Positions 27,001-41,400 of a stretch of DNA of 64,000 nt are shown here, piece by piece (the stretch's first letter is position 1; every line of letters begins with the position of its first letter). A program made the position numbers and the translations under genes. The notes beneath the pieces are model-generated. The model had not been told where the DNA came from. It saw nothing but the letters and a program-made list of their open reading frames with translations, and searched no databases. This DNA is from Antedon mediterranea (lineage: Eukaryota; Animalia; Echinodermata): NCBI RefSeq assembly GCF_964355755.1, contig NC_092670.1:982201-1046200 (forward strand). Direction: 5' to 3'.

Positions 27001-30000
27001 GTGATGGATTTAGAATTTTGCTCAAAGCATAATGTTTATCATATTAGTTTGACATTTAAACACATTGTCTGGATACACTGTTTATATTAAAGCCTTTTTA
27101 TCATACAATGTGCTAGGCTTCCTCAGTATACATTAAAGTTTTATATTCAAAATGTCTTATGTATCTGTATTTACAGAATTACCTCTTAAATATTAAAAAC
27201 AACACTACTAGCAGATTCTAGGTACAGTATAATTTGTGTATCAATTATCATAGCTAATTCTGTAATACACTGTCACATATGAATCACATGTGCCAATGAT
27301 ACTGGACAGATAATACCATATGTAGAGATACAGCAAAAAATCAGATGCATCTTTTCTTTTTGAATATGTTACAAAAATGTCTATATTTCTTACATTTAAA
27401 ACAAATATGTTTGTTGAACTCACCGTATTCACTGTCAACGTCGGACATTGTAAAGAAGTCAATGATGCGTGATGTGAAATCAAAGACGACGTTTTTCTTG
27501 CCCTGCATAACGGTCACACAGTGACGGTCACCGTAGCTCGCTCGTGGCATACCACCGGAGAATATCATGAATGGGTCACTGCAATCAAACAAAATATCTG
27601 GTAATGTCTTACTGTAATTTTGTGGCATTGCAGAAAGAGGATGATTAAACAAAAGGGGGAGGGACTCAATATCTCCTGTTCTACCCTATCTTCTCAGACA
27701 TTTTGAATCCTCCTGTTAAATTAGGAGGTAAATAAATAAGTGACACTTACCTCTTTGTAGTTAAATGCTTTATATTATTAATTGACTTGCATGGAAATGG
27801 TCCTAAAAAATAGGAACAAAAATAATAATGTTATATTTAGTTTGACTACAAACCAAATACTTGACATTATCACAGTTAGTAATATTATAAAATTGTACAT
27901 GTTCCATGGAAATTCATATCTGTTAAATATACAGTAATTACTGCAGTAACTGCAGTAAAATAATTACCGTAAGGTGTGGTTCTGTCCTTTTCTGGAGTCG
28001 TGGAGTCATTCATGTTCCAGACGCAGTAGCTACCATCGTGATGTGCTGTTGTGAATCGTATACCATCACGGTGCCACGTTAAGGTCTCCAAGCTGGGGTC
28101 ACTTACAAAGGTTCGGTCAGCATTAAACTCTTTGCTGTCCCATACAACCATCAAACCGCGATTGTATCCAATCAGAAGCTGAGAGTAAACAAAAAGTAAA
28201 CATATAGATGGTGAGGAAATCTAACAAAAGAAAAGAGATTTATCTGGCATATTTTATCATGTTTATCAATTACATTTATTTCAATACTATTCTCTTTTTG
28301 CTTTTCTTTTATAAAGTGCCAGACAAATCCCTTATCATTATATAAAAATGATGTTGCAAAGCAATGAATGGCAGTTTTAAGCTAGATTGTGGAATGAAGG
28401 TATTAATTATTAAACAATACAAAATATAAACTTAGATCACCATCAGCTCTAATCTAATCTCTAATCTATCTAATCCTATATTATTCCACAAAATAATAAG
28501 AAAAACACTAGATTTGAACTCGTCACTACGGACGAGTTAGGTTATCCGCAGCGCAAAGGCCACGTGCACGTCATACGTTAAAACATTGCGCGCAGAAAAA
28601 CGATTAAGTAATTGAAACAATTTCAGCGTGCTCTTTATTTTTCGTCACGTCTGAGTATATACGGTATACACTATATACTGTATACGTACTACATACAGTG
28701 CAGAATAGGTGAAAATAAGTGACCAAAGTTATTGACGCTTTTGAACATGATGACGTCATCACAATTTTTAAAATGATGAATCGTGCGAAAGATAATTGAT
28801 AGACCTAGACAACATAAAAAAAATGGGGGGAAATGGAATACAAATAAGTGGAGATGCGCTATATTAAATGTGACGAGCTACGAGGAAAGAGAAAAAAATC
28901 CTATATTTTATATTCGAGTGGCCATATGATGACGTCACATTGTCCGGTTAGCCATATTGATGCATGATTTGATATCTGCAACTCATCTACTACCAGAATA
29001 TGTAATTATAAAAAAGTTCACCACGTAGTTTAGAATTTATGACTGTTTAAAAAAAGGCATAATTTTGACTAATTTTTGAACTTTTTCATCAAAAATGCGC
29101 GTAAATTGTTTAATTCTACGTGCTCGTATGACGTGAATTTTAGTCGAAATTGTTTGAAAGTTGGTAAATTTTCTAAAAAAGACATGAAAAACAAAAATCA
29201 AGCAAAAAAATGATGTTTTTGCGCAACGTGCGCACGTGCGCGTAACAAAATTGCGCACGCGTGGGAATTTTTGAAATGCTTAAAATGACATGAAACGCGT
29301 AGAAAGTTGATTAGATATTGATTTTTCGCATTTTGAAATTTTAAATACGCGTGCGCGCGTAACTTTTTATGAAACATGCCATTTTTAATCCATAGAAAGT
29401 TTGCGCATTATATGACTTAAATTTTCACCATGTTTCAATACAAAACGACTTTTAGTTTTCATTCTATGATCAATCATTGAAATTCACAAAATCGCGCGTA
29501 ACTTACGCTGCGCGACTCGAAATTTGAAAAAAAAAGTTTCTTGCACATCTACAGCTACAGGGCAATCTTTTGACAAAGTTATAGAATCATATGTTGGCCA
29601 GAATTAGAGATACGCTGCGCACAAAAAATGGGGGAGAAGGATGGAAGGAAGCAAATAAATACTAGATTTGAACTCGTCACTTTGACGAGTTCGGGTTATC
29701 CGCGCATACGCAACATGCACATACTTTAAACTATATGAACCTCGACAATTATTATTCCATCCTATGACATGAATTAAGATTGTTTACAGTGCTGAATTGT
29801 ACCTATTTTGTAGCATACAGCATATTACAGTGTTTACAGAATACACTGTATGTTATATACAGTGTAGAATAGACGATATTACGAGACCCATCTTTTAAAT
29901 ACAATTATTAACACGATGACGTCATCAAATCGACGTCTAAAGATAACAATTTTAGAAGATAAGTATCTAAATAATTACATTAATACAAATTTTAAGAAAT

Positions 30001-32394
30001 TTAAATCCGTAAAATATAGATGCGCGCTCTTTTAAATGTGATGAACTATGACGCAAAATATGAAAATATGACTTTTTGTATTCAACTGGCCATATAATGA
30101 CGTCACAACATCTAATTGGCAAAATATTCACATGAATCTGTATCTACAATCCAATAGCTTCCAGAAAACGTTTTAATCATGATGATCACTTTTTATTCTG
30201 ACGATCTATAACAGATTGAAATTTACTGTAAAGATGAAAATAGGTGACCCACTTTATTTACATTTTTAGACATGATGACGTCATAAAAATTAAAATATTT
30301 TTAACTCATGTGAAAGATAGTTGATTGACCTAGACAGTATTAAAATATCTGAGGAAATGGAATACGTATAAGCGATATGCGCTCTATTTAATGTAATGAG
30401 CAATCGCGAAACAGTCAAAAATCCAATATTTTACATTCGTGTGGCCATACAATGACGTCATAACATCCGAGGGGTAAAGATTCTGCATAAATTCATATCT
30501 ACAACATATCTGCTTACATATTAAGTTTAAAAAATTGGGGGTAACGGTTGATCCTGAGGAGCTATAATAGATTCAAAGTAGGTATAATTTTGACAATATT
30601 TTGTCACTTTTGCAACTAAAACGCACGCAAATTGTCTAAATCAACGTGTTCGTATGACGTCATTTTAATTTGAAATGATGTAAATCTTTTTTAAAATGAC
30701 TAAGAAAGGCTGTAAAATCATAATTCAAGAAAAAAACACATGACTTTCATGCTCCGTGCGCACCTTACGCGTAATTTTTTTCGCGCGCGTGGGAATTTTT
30801 GACATGCTAAAAATGTCATGATCAGCGTAGAAAGTTGATTAGAAATTAATTTTGCGCATTTTTAAATTTTAAATGCGCGTGCGCGCGTAACTTCTTGTGA
30901 AACATGTCATTTTTAATGCATAGAAAGTTTGCCCTTGATATGACTTAAATTTTCACCAAGTGTTAATACAAAACGACTTTTGGTTTATAATCTATGACCA
31001 ATCATTGAAATTCATAAAATCGCGCGTAACTTACGCTGCGCAACTCTAACGTCATATAACGAAGTTTCTTGCACATCTACAGCTACAGGTCAATCTTTTG
31101 ACAAAGTTACACAATCTTATGTTGACAAGGATGAGAGATATGCGACGCACAAAAATCCGGGAAAGAAAGAAGAATAACAAAGAAGATGAAAAAAAAGATA
31201 TTTACAATCACAAGGGTTATCCGCAACTTAAAGTTGCGGATAACCAACTAGATTTGAACTCGTCACTACGGACGAGTTAGGTTATCCGCAGCGCAAAAGC
31301 CACGTGCACGTCATACGTTGGAATATTGCGCGCAGAAAAACGATTATGCCATTGAAAAAAATGTTAGTGCGCCCTCTATTTTGCGTCACGTCTGAGTATA
31401 TACGGTATACACTATATACTGTATACGTACTACATACAGTGCAGAATAGGTGAAAAGAAGTGACCAAAGTTATTGACGCTTTTGAACATGATGACGTCAT
31501 AACAATTTTAAAAATGGTGAATCATGCGAAAGATAATTGATTGACCTAGACAAAATAAAAAAATTGAGGGAAATGGAATACGGATAAGTGGAGATGCGCT
31601 CTATTAAATGTGACGAGCTATGACGAAAGAGACAAAAATCCTATATTTCATATTCGAGTGGCCAAGCGATGACGTCACAATGTCCGGTTAGCCATATCGA
31701 TGCATGATTCGATATCTACAACTCATTATCTTCCAGAATGTGTAATTTAAAAAAAATTCTCCTCGTAGTTTACAATCTATGACTGTTTTAAAAAAGGCAT
31801 AATTTTGACGAATTTTTGAACTTTTTCTTCAAAAACGCGCGCGAATTGTTCAATTCTACGTGCTCGTATGACGTGATTTTAAGTCAAAATTGATTGAAAA
31901 TTGGTAAATTTACTAGAAAAGGCTGAAAAAACAAAAATCAAGCAAAAAAAAGATGTTTTTGCGCTACGTGCACACGCGCGCGTAAAAAATATGCGCACGC
32001 GTGGGAATTTTTGAAATGCTTAAAATGACCTGATACGCGTAGAAAGTTGATTAGAAATGGATTTTTCGCAATTTGAAATTTTAAACGCGCGTGCGCGCGT
32101 AACTTTATGTCAAACATGCCATTTTTAATCCATAGAAAGTTTGCCCTTGATATGACTTAAATGTTCACTAAGTGTCATTACAAAATGACTTTTGCTTTTT
32201 AGTCTATGTTAAATACGCGAAATTCATAAAATCGCGCGTAGCTTACGCTGCGCGACTCTAAAGTAAAAAAACGAGCTGTCCTGCACTTCTACACATAGCG
32301 GTAAATCTTCTGACAAAGTTATACGATGTAATGTTGATCAGAATTTGAGATACACGTGACACAAAATTTTGGGAAAGAAAGAAGAATAACATAG

Positions 32395-32436
<42 letters not shown>

Positions 32437-35400
32437 TCCTGACAATAACAAGAGGTTATCCGCCAAGAGCGGATAACCAATAATAAATAATTTCTTACCT
32501 TGTCTGGGCTGTTTGGATGCTGTGCGATGGCCTCCACTGAGCCTGGGTTTACCTTGCAATCATCAGGTACACTGAAGGAGGAGGAATCACGTAGCCTAGT
32601 TAGAAAGGTTTAGATAAAAGTTGGAAGAAAGCAAGGCCAATTGCAAAGATACTGAAGAAGAATAGACAGTTTAGCAAGACAGTGTGTGTTTAAATTCTAG
32701 TGACAGATAATAATGTTCCACTAGAGCTAAGCCTCAAAATGGTTAGTTTAGAAAGCACTATTATGGTCAATTTAGAAATTACTGTTAAATGGGCTGAAAT
32801 AAAGACTATTAGAACCACCTAGACAGATTGTTAACATGTGAAATCTGTCCATTTTTTGCTGTAGTACACATTAAGTTTCTACTATTATTATTGTATTCCT
32901 AAAGTGGATTGTCAACCAAGATAGCCTTCTTGAGACTTTCTTGGTACAATACACATTTTACAAATTCTAAACCTCTCTAGCAATTTTTTAGGCACACTTA
33001 CATTTGTGTATATTTGAATATATTTGTGTATATCTGACATTGTATATCTGACATTGAAATATTAATTATATTATTCAATTTTTTTTGGAATATCTAAATT
33101 TAAATATATGTTAGTAATTTCTATAAACTAATAACAAACAGATGTACAAACGTTTATTTGTACATTCAAATGTCTCCCACATTGCCATCATTGTGTTAAA
33201 AGACAATAAGACCGCATATGCACACAATATAAATGGTTCCTCCTCAAATTGTTTCATGCATCGTTACGGAAGTGTTTACATGAGAATGTTCTCCCAGAGG
33301 TTTAGTAGAATGACACAGATTAGTGGGTAGTAGATGCAAATAAAATATATTTAACCTAAGGAAGGTGAACTCACTGCAAAAGACTTAAATCAATATTGGA
33401 TCTGTATTGTAATAATACAGATAAATTTTGTAATTTATTCAGTCCTACTTGTGATTATTCTATTTTATCAAGTTGCACAATAGAATAGAACAGTGTGTTA
33501 CAAACTATTCTGGCAAAAACAAGGGTCATCAGCTGTCACTATAGTGAGAGCAGAATCTGTTTGGACTTAAACCTATCCTCACTACTGGTTATTCATTAAT
33601 GAACAAATAAATATTATTATTAACTAGTTAGTAGTATAAAAGAATTAAACATTTCCTAAAAGTTGAAATGTTGGTATATTAAAATAATGTTATTAATTAT
33701 TAATCAGACAATAAAACAAAGCATAATATTAAATGTGTTTTTGTAAAAATGGTAACTACTAGTACTACAAAGTAAATCATGTGTAGTGGTATAATGCAGT
33801 TCAAGTACTGCAAGCTAAGGTTATATTTAAGTGGATACCTGCAGTATGAATAGATTTCTTTTATCACCGATATTCTGAAGTGATGCATTTGAAAACAACC
33901 TGAGATTTCCTATCTAAATTAAACACTTGTTTATTCGTTGTTTGTGAAAGCTCTTTAGACTTTGTGTGCTAAAATTAAATTAAACTAAAAAGAGCTATAC
34001 AGTAGTAACAATTTAATATCAATATCAAACAGAACACAATTTCTCAATTCTAGTTGGAATTTAAACAAACACTTCCCAAAATAGCGCTAAAAATCATAAA
34101 TGTCGCATTATTATTATTAATTTAGCAACTATTAATTTTAAGTTGGTAGGTATTGGAAGCCTATGCTTAATTTTCCAAATGTTACATCCCTTCTTGGATA
34201 TTTGCAAAACCCTTCTAAAGCCCCTTAAACTCTTTAAACAACAAAGTAAACTAGGGAACTAAGCCTGCCCTTTGGCTACTTCTCATGCCATAACAAATTC
34301 TCACAGACTATTTAACTGGATGGAACCCTTACAGTAGTAAGATTGTATCTTCATACTTAGATTTAAGTTATACTGTACTTTACACAAAATTCAGACACAG
34401 GGGGATAGTGCTTAAAGTGTGTGACTCCACCCTTGAATACACAGGGGGATAGTGCTTAAAGTGTGTGACTCCACTATTGAATACACAGGGGGATAGTGCT
34501 TAAAGTGTGTGACTCCACCCTTGAATACACAGGGGGATAGTGCTTAAAGTGTGTGACTCAACTATTGAATACACAGGGGGATAGTGCTTAAAGTGTGTGA
34601 CTCCACCCTTGAATACACAGGGGGATAGTGCTTAAAGTGTGTGACTCCACCCTTGAATACACAGGGGGATAGTGCTTAAAGTGTGTGACTCCACTATTGA
34701 ATACACAGGGGAATAGTGCTTAAAGTGTGTGACTCCACCCTTGAATACACAGGGGGATAGTGCTTAAAGTGTGTGACTCCACTATTGAATACACAGAGGG
34801 ATAGTGCTTAAAGTGTGTGACTCCACCCTTGGATACACAGGGGGATAGTGCTTAAAGTGTGTGACTCCACTATTGAATACACAGGGGGATAGTGCTTAAA
34901 GTGTGTGACTCCACCCTTGAATACACAGGGGGATAGTGCTTAAAGTGTGTGACTCCACCCTTGAATAGTCATAGTCATAGTCATAGTCATATATACTTTA
35001 TTGTCCATTTAAAAAACAGAAATGTGATTTGAAAACTGGCAAAATACAAAAATATAAAATACAATTTACAAAAACACACACAAAAAGTTAAGAGGCTAAA
35101 AATTGTTAAAATTAGATAAAAATTATCGGTTACAATTACATTTTACCTTTGTACTCTGGAGTTATATAAGTGTATAGCATTAGGTACAAACGAGCACCTA
35201 AACCGTTTTGTTTTGGTATTAAGTGCACGTAGTCTTATGCCAGAATTCATGAGAGCAAATTGTTTGTGAAGAGGATGTGTTTCATCATCAATGATACTTT
35301 TTACTTTTTTTAACACATTTTCTTTATACAAGGATTCAACATCAGGTAAGTGCTCTCCTACTAGTCTAATTGCTCTATTTCCTATTCGATTAAGTTTAAT

Positions 35401-38400
35401 TTTATCTTTTTGCATTGTATTACCATAAAAACAAACATTACAAAAAAGTATTACACTGAGAATTACAGAGTTATAAAACAATTTAAGTATAGTTTTGTCA
35501 ATTTGTAGGTACTTCATTTTTCTTAAAATAAACATCCTTTGGTTGGCTTTGCATGTGGCTTTATTTACATTATCTATATATAAATTTACGTAAGGGCAAA
35601 AATCGGTAAATCGCGCCTTACTTCTATAATTTTTACTCGATGGTATATAAAGTTGGTTCGTACTTTCGGTACTGATTTTAACCACCTGATGTAACCCTGT
35701 TTACTAATTAAATTAAGTTAGATAATAAGTTATTGACGGTTAAAACGAATTTAGGTTCCAAGATTTGCCCCAAATAGGGGTGTTTTCCGACCGTGGTATA
35801 CACTGTATATTGGATGTCCGTCTTGAAAAATACCCACCACAAAAATGCGAGGAGGCTTCGCATCTTCCTATCTCCTCCTACGATAATTGTTTTTAATAGC
35901 TGAAAACCGGTTGAACAGCTAGAGTACACCATCATAATGTTGAAGACAGGCCGATTTTCTTTAAAAAATACTATTTTGATAGATTTAATATACGATTATA
36001 CAAATGTATTGATTTGCGATGAATGGAACATTCCAATCTCTGTGTCGGTTCCACAAGTGTCTATTCCCTCAGGCGTCGTAAAGGAAAGTACTGTATTGAT
36101 TTGCGATGAATGGAACATCCCAAGAGTTTGGTTTAACACAAGTACTGTAGGTAAATTTATGAGCCCTTGGTTTAACACATACGGTAGGTAAATATATGGG
36201 CCCTTTGAGAATAAACTTGCGAGATTGTGGATAGGCTCTACTGTTAGATATATAAACACATTATTATATACAAATAAACTTTATACTGACAGTTCTTTCT
36301 CAACGTTTGTATTAATTAATAATTACCAAATATAAACGTCGTAGTGGTGTATCGTGACATGGTACTTTAATATTTCAATCGATTATGACAGTGACAGTTT
36401 TAACTAAACTAAATAAAGAATGTTCTCTAATATAATTAGGAATCTCTTGCCATACACGGGGAAAATTAGTGTACAATGAATATTTAAAAGAAATAAATAA
36501 ATAAATAAAATAAAAAAAGTATTAAATCGCAAATGTTTTACTGTATTTAGAGGTATATTATTTATAGGCCTATAAAACATGAAAAAAATATTTCGTTACT
36601 GAGTGGATAAAGAATATATTTAAAAATTGTTCCTCTTTGTACCTATCCGCTTTCCCATCCCTCAACCCTAATGTTACATACAAAACACAAATTGGGTTTC
36701 TTTAAATGAGTCCAAATCAAAAACTTGGACTCATTTTGTGATAAGTTTCTCCTTCGGAAGTAATTCCCAGGGTGCTAATTTTAGTTGACTACATAAATCA
36801 TCGTGTCTATTTATTTGTTTCTGTAAACGACAATGTATAGGCCTATAGTCCTGCGGTACGTACATTTGAAATCGTCAGTTTTGTTACGCTGAAATTACTG
36901 TGTATTCGAGAACCATCTGTGGGAACGACCTAGATGGTACGCGAGCGAAGCGAGCGTACCATCTAGTTTATCCAATTTAGCTTATTGTCAATTATACAAC
37001 CCAGATATTTGTACTCATTTACTACTTCAATCTCATTTTCATTTATAATCAGAGGTTCTAAGGGTTCTTTAATTTTCCTAAAATCAATTTGCATTTCTTT
37101 TGTTTTCTTTATGTTTAGTTTCAGGTTGTTATTGCAGCACCAGTGATAAAAATCACATCCTAGTTGTCTATAGCTTGTTTCATCATTGCCAGTAATGTAT
37201 CCAGTGATGACTGTGTCATCTGCATATTTTACTATACAACATTCATTTGAATTGGCTCTGAAACTGCTGGTGAACAGTGAAAACAACATTGGGGAGATAA
37301 CAGACCCTTGTGGCGTGCCAATACACAGGGGGATAGTGCTTAAAGTGTGTGACTCCACTATTGAATACACAGGGGGATAGTGCTTAAAGTGTGTGACTCC
37401 ACCCTTGAATACACAGGGGGATAGTGCTTAAAGTGTGTGACTCCACCCTTGAATACACATGGGGATAGTGCTTAAAGTGTGTGACTCCACGATTGAATAC
37501 ACAGGGGGATAGTGCTTAAAGTGTGTGACTCCACCCTTGAATACACAGGGGGATAGTGCTTAAAGTGTGTGACTCCACTATTGAATACACAGGGGGATAG
37601 TGCTTAAAGTGTGTGACTCCACTATTGAATACACAGGGGGATAGTGCTTAAAGTGTGTGACTCCACCCTTGAATACACAGGGGGATAGTGCTTAAGGTGT
37701 GTGACTCCACTATTGAATACACAGGGGGATAGTGCTTAAAGTGTGTGACTCCACCCTTGAATACACAGGGGGATAGTGCTTAAAGTGTGTGACTCCACTA
37801 TTGAATACACAGGGGGATAGTGCTTAAAGTGTGTGACTCCACCCTTGAATACACAGGGAGATAGTGCTTAAAGTGTGTGACTCCACCCTTGAATACACAG
37901 GGGGATAGTGCTTAAAGTGTGTGACTCCACTATTGAATACACAGGGGGATAGTGCTTAAAGTGTGTGACTCCACCCTTGAATACACAGGGGGATAGTGCT
38001 TAAAGTGTGTAACTCCACTATTGAATACACAGGGGGATAGTGCTTAAAGTGTGTGACTCCACCCTTGAATACACAGGGGGATAGTGCTTAAAGTGTGTGA
38101 CTCCACTATTGAATACACAGGGGGATAGTGCTTAAAGTGTGTGACTCCACTATTGAATACCTCCATCTATTAACAAAAGCATTTAAAATACCATGAATTT
38201 GTTCATAATATTTACTCCTATTTTCCCCCAATACCTCAGGGGTGTTGTTTTTATTCTCGTAACCTCCTTTCTAAATAAACTATGCTACAGATTGTTTTAT
38301 TTTGCAATTTATAAACCTACAGAACTCCACTTATGCAGAGCAATTGTATGTTAATATATTATTGCAGAAGGTTTAGTCCAAATGGTAATGAGATGTGGCT

Positions 38401-41400
38401 AGCTAACATATGGACCTGATGGGTGAAACCAGTAATCATCACTCAACCAATATGGCTGCTGTATTTATGCAAATGATGAAAACAAACCCTTATTTTATTA
38501 ACTATTCTAAAGCAACAAAGTACGTGTACAGTAGTTCTGTTCAACTTGTTTACATTTTTTTTTTTTTTGAACGGTAGTATTACTATTTTTAAATATTTTG
38601 TATCGTTCAAAGGAACCAATTGCAAGCATTGAGTATACTGAAAGCCATGTACAATATTGTATATTTCTAATACAAACTTGTTTCATTTTCTCATAACCTT
38701 CTTTTTTTTGCATTATAATAATAATAATATTTAAGAGCCTGGTTGGTTTGGGCAACATATCAATTTAAGACACTGAATGTACAGCAACAATACACTTGAT
38801 ACATCTTCCTTCAGCAGTGCTTAAGTGTTTTTTAAGCCAAACTACTGTGTGACTAAGTACAATAAGAATGACTCAACATATACCACCAGATGCTACTAAA
38901 TGTCACCTACTACTATCTAATGCATTACAAAGGCTAAACACTTGAATCGATTACATCATCGCTATTTGTGTACTATATACCATATTAGGTAAAAGAGTGG
39001 GAAACTAGGAGAAAATATATTCCAATATTTGTAACTAATTAGTTTTGAATTATAATATTTATTGTTTCATGATAATAAAGGTAACAGCAGACAGGTTGAG
39101 TTTATACCAGTGTTGCTGTAATATTATAAAACATGATTTATTAATTTGCTTGTCAATTTTGCAGATGTACTCGCTTAATATGATATTTAATATGTTTCAA
39201 GGTCAATTATTAATGAAAATACTGGTTATAACCAATTTCACACCCAATTGCTTATCTAATTATTTCAAAATTCAAATATGATTATTAACATTGGTAAATT
39301 ATTTTGCTCTTAATTTTTTTAACATAAAACTGTTTTTTTATTTTAATACTATTATTACGAAAAGAGAAATACCTGTTTTATGTTTGAATTATTGATTTGA
39401 TAAATCGCTCACTTTTTTATTTATTTTTATATATTTTATCATAATTAATGACGTAATATTGTTACATTTTTCCAACATTAAGATCTACAAAATAAATATC
39501 CCTTTAAAAGAAACCACCTAACGTAAGCCTCATATCTTTGTCATTGGTTGTTCTATGCCAATATATTATATTATATTCTTTATAAATTGTGCAGTTTTAA
39601 GCACACAGAGCTAATTAAAATGCAGTAATCTAGATAGTGGCCAAGGAAAAAGACATAATATATCATGAGATAGGTTATGTGTTTTTACATACTGTAGATA
39701 CTGTAAACCGATAAGTAGTGATAAATGACGTTGGCATTTAAACCATTCTGTTGCATCAACTACCACAAAAATATAAATGTGTATAATTGCATACGATGGC
39801 AATATTAGTCTTATAATACAGTAGAACTCCTTCTTTGGGACACACATATTAAGAGGACACTTTCCTGTGTGTGTATGGGCACATCACATTTTTTATTTAT
39901 CAAGGTTGATAGTGTAGACAGAGCTTTACATCTATTTCATGTGATACATCTATTAAGGGGACACTTTGTCCCCAGTTGTCCCCTTAATGGGAATTCTACT
40001 GTACAGCGCTAAGGTTTAATTTTCATTTAGAAACAATGCTAAGAATTCAATTGTCAAATTTGTATACGTTCCTATACAGCTCTAAACTACTACATTTTTA
40101 ATTAGTTCTCTGTATAAGCCCAAACAATAACATTGTAACAGCCAACAAGGTGTTGCTATGGATACTTACTTTTGCATGACAACATCTTGGTAGATGATGT
40201 GTTCTAAAAGGTCAAAGGTTACAACATCAAGGAGATAAATGTTACCGCCCTCAGTGCCTAAGTAAAGGTGTTTGTGATCCGTCGATAAGCAGCAAACGGA
40301 AATTTTCTTTAATCTGATGAGACAAAAGAAAAGAATTTAATTGTATTAATATTACATATCGCGTCAGTGAAGAGGGGTTTTAGGCACATATAAAGACCAT
40401 AGGTCATAGGTCAGACGTCCAATGGGAAGAATGAAGAATTGGACTGGAACATTATATTTTTTAAATGCAAGATACAATAGAATAGATTTAGAATAAAACA
40501 AATTAAAAAGAAAGATTAAAATTAAATTAAAACAAGATTTGTTTGTAGACTCAGTTGTGGGAAGGAACAAATGTGGGAGAATAACCTGTGACTTGCAGTC
40601 TGGACGACAACACAATTACACGTTATTCTCAAGTGTAAAGTTCTGTCCACACCAACAAACTAGTTTGACAAAAAAGTGTGATGTGCCCAAATATGGTAGT
40701 GATATGCTCAAATATGACATCATCATATCCATATATAGGCACATCACAGTTTTTGTCATAAGAATTGATAGTGTAGGCAGAGCTTCACAGGACACATTGC
40801 ATAAACTCTCCACCACCACATAAATTAGTTCCAAGAATACTCTTGAGAACATAAAACATTACATCAGTTTTAAAAAGATGAACTTATGAACAACATGCCA
40901 CCTGTCACCATTCAAGGCATGTGCCCTGAATGTGTATAAACTACAAAAGCAACAACATATAACAGAGGAACCCATTTCTTGCAAATAAAATAAAATATAA
41001 TGTGTTTACTGTACGTACTCTGGGTCCTTTTTAGCACTGGCAGAAGTGAAATATGAAAGAAATGAGTTCACAAAAACCATTTTAGAGCAGGGGATAGAGT
41101 GAAATAAAACATAAAATGCTTATTATTTTAAATTCAATATATGCAGGATTTTAGAATATGGTATGGTGAAGTATTAAATTCTTGTATCATTAATATACTG
41201 CATAATATTATATAATTTCACTGATAACATGATCTAGGATCTAGGTTTAATTTTATTTTTTTTAGTAATGTGTTTTGTTTGTAGGTCCCTGCGAGACAAG
41301 TTTTAACTTCTAGAAGGGATCCATGATAATAATGACTTCCAATTACTGCTTTATTAATGTTCAGTTTAATATATTTTTTCTATTTTGTATATGTTCATTC

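Noticed and set aside
32393-32434. Long poly(A) tract as a processed pseudogene tail
   Set aside because: It lies at the simple-repeat position of the HINE-like unit C, with no upstream cDNA-like sequence or TSD.
35573-35685. N-terminus of the 180-aa ORF 35143..35685 as real protein sequence
   Set aside because: These codons come from the Helitron 5' end read through into the LINE RT C-terminus.
34395-38160. 44-bp repeat arrays next to a reverse transcriptase, as a CRISPR-, retron- or DGR-like system
   Set aside because: Units are directly tandem with no unique spacers, the RT is a truncated eukaryotic non-LTR (Rex1-like) type, and there are no cas or accessory genes.
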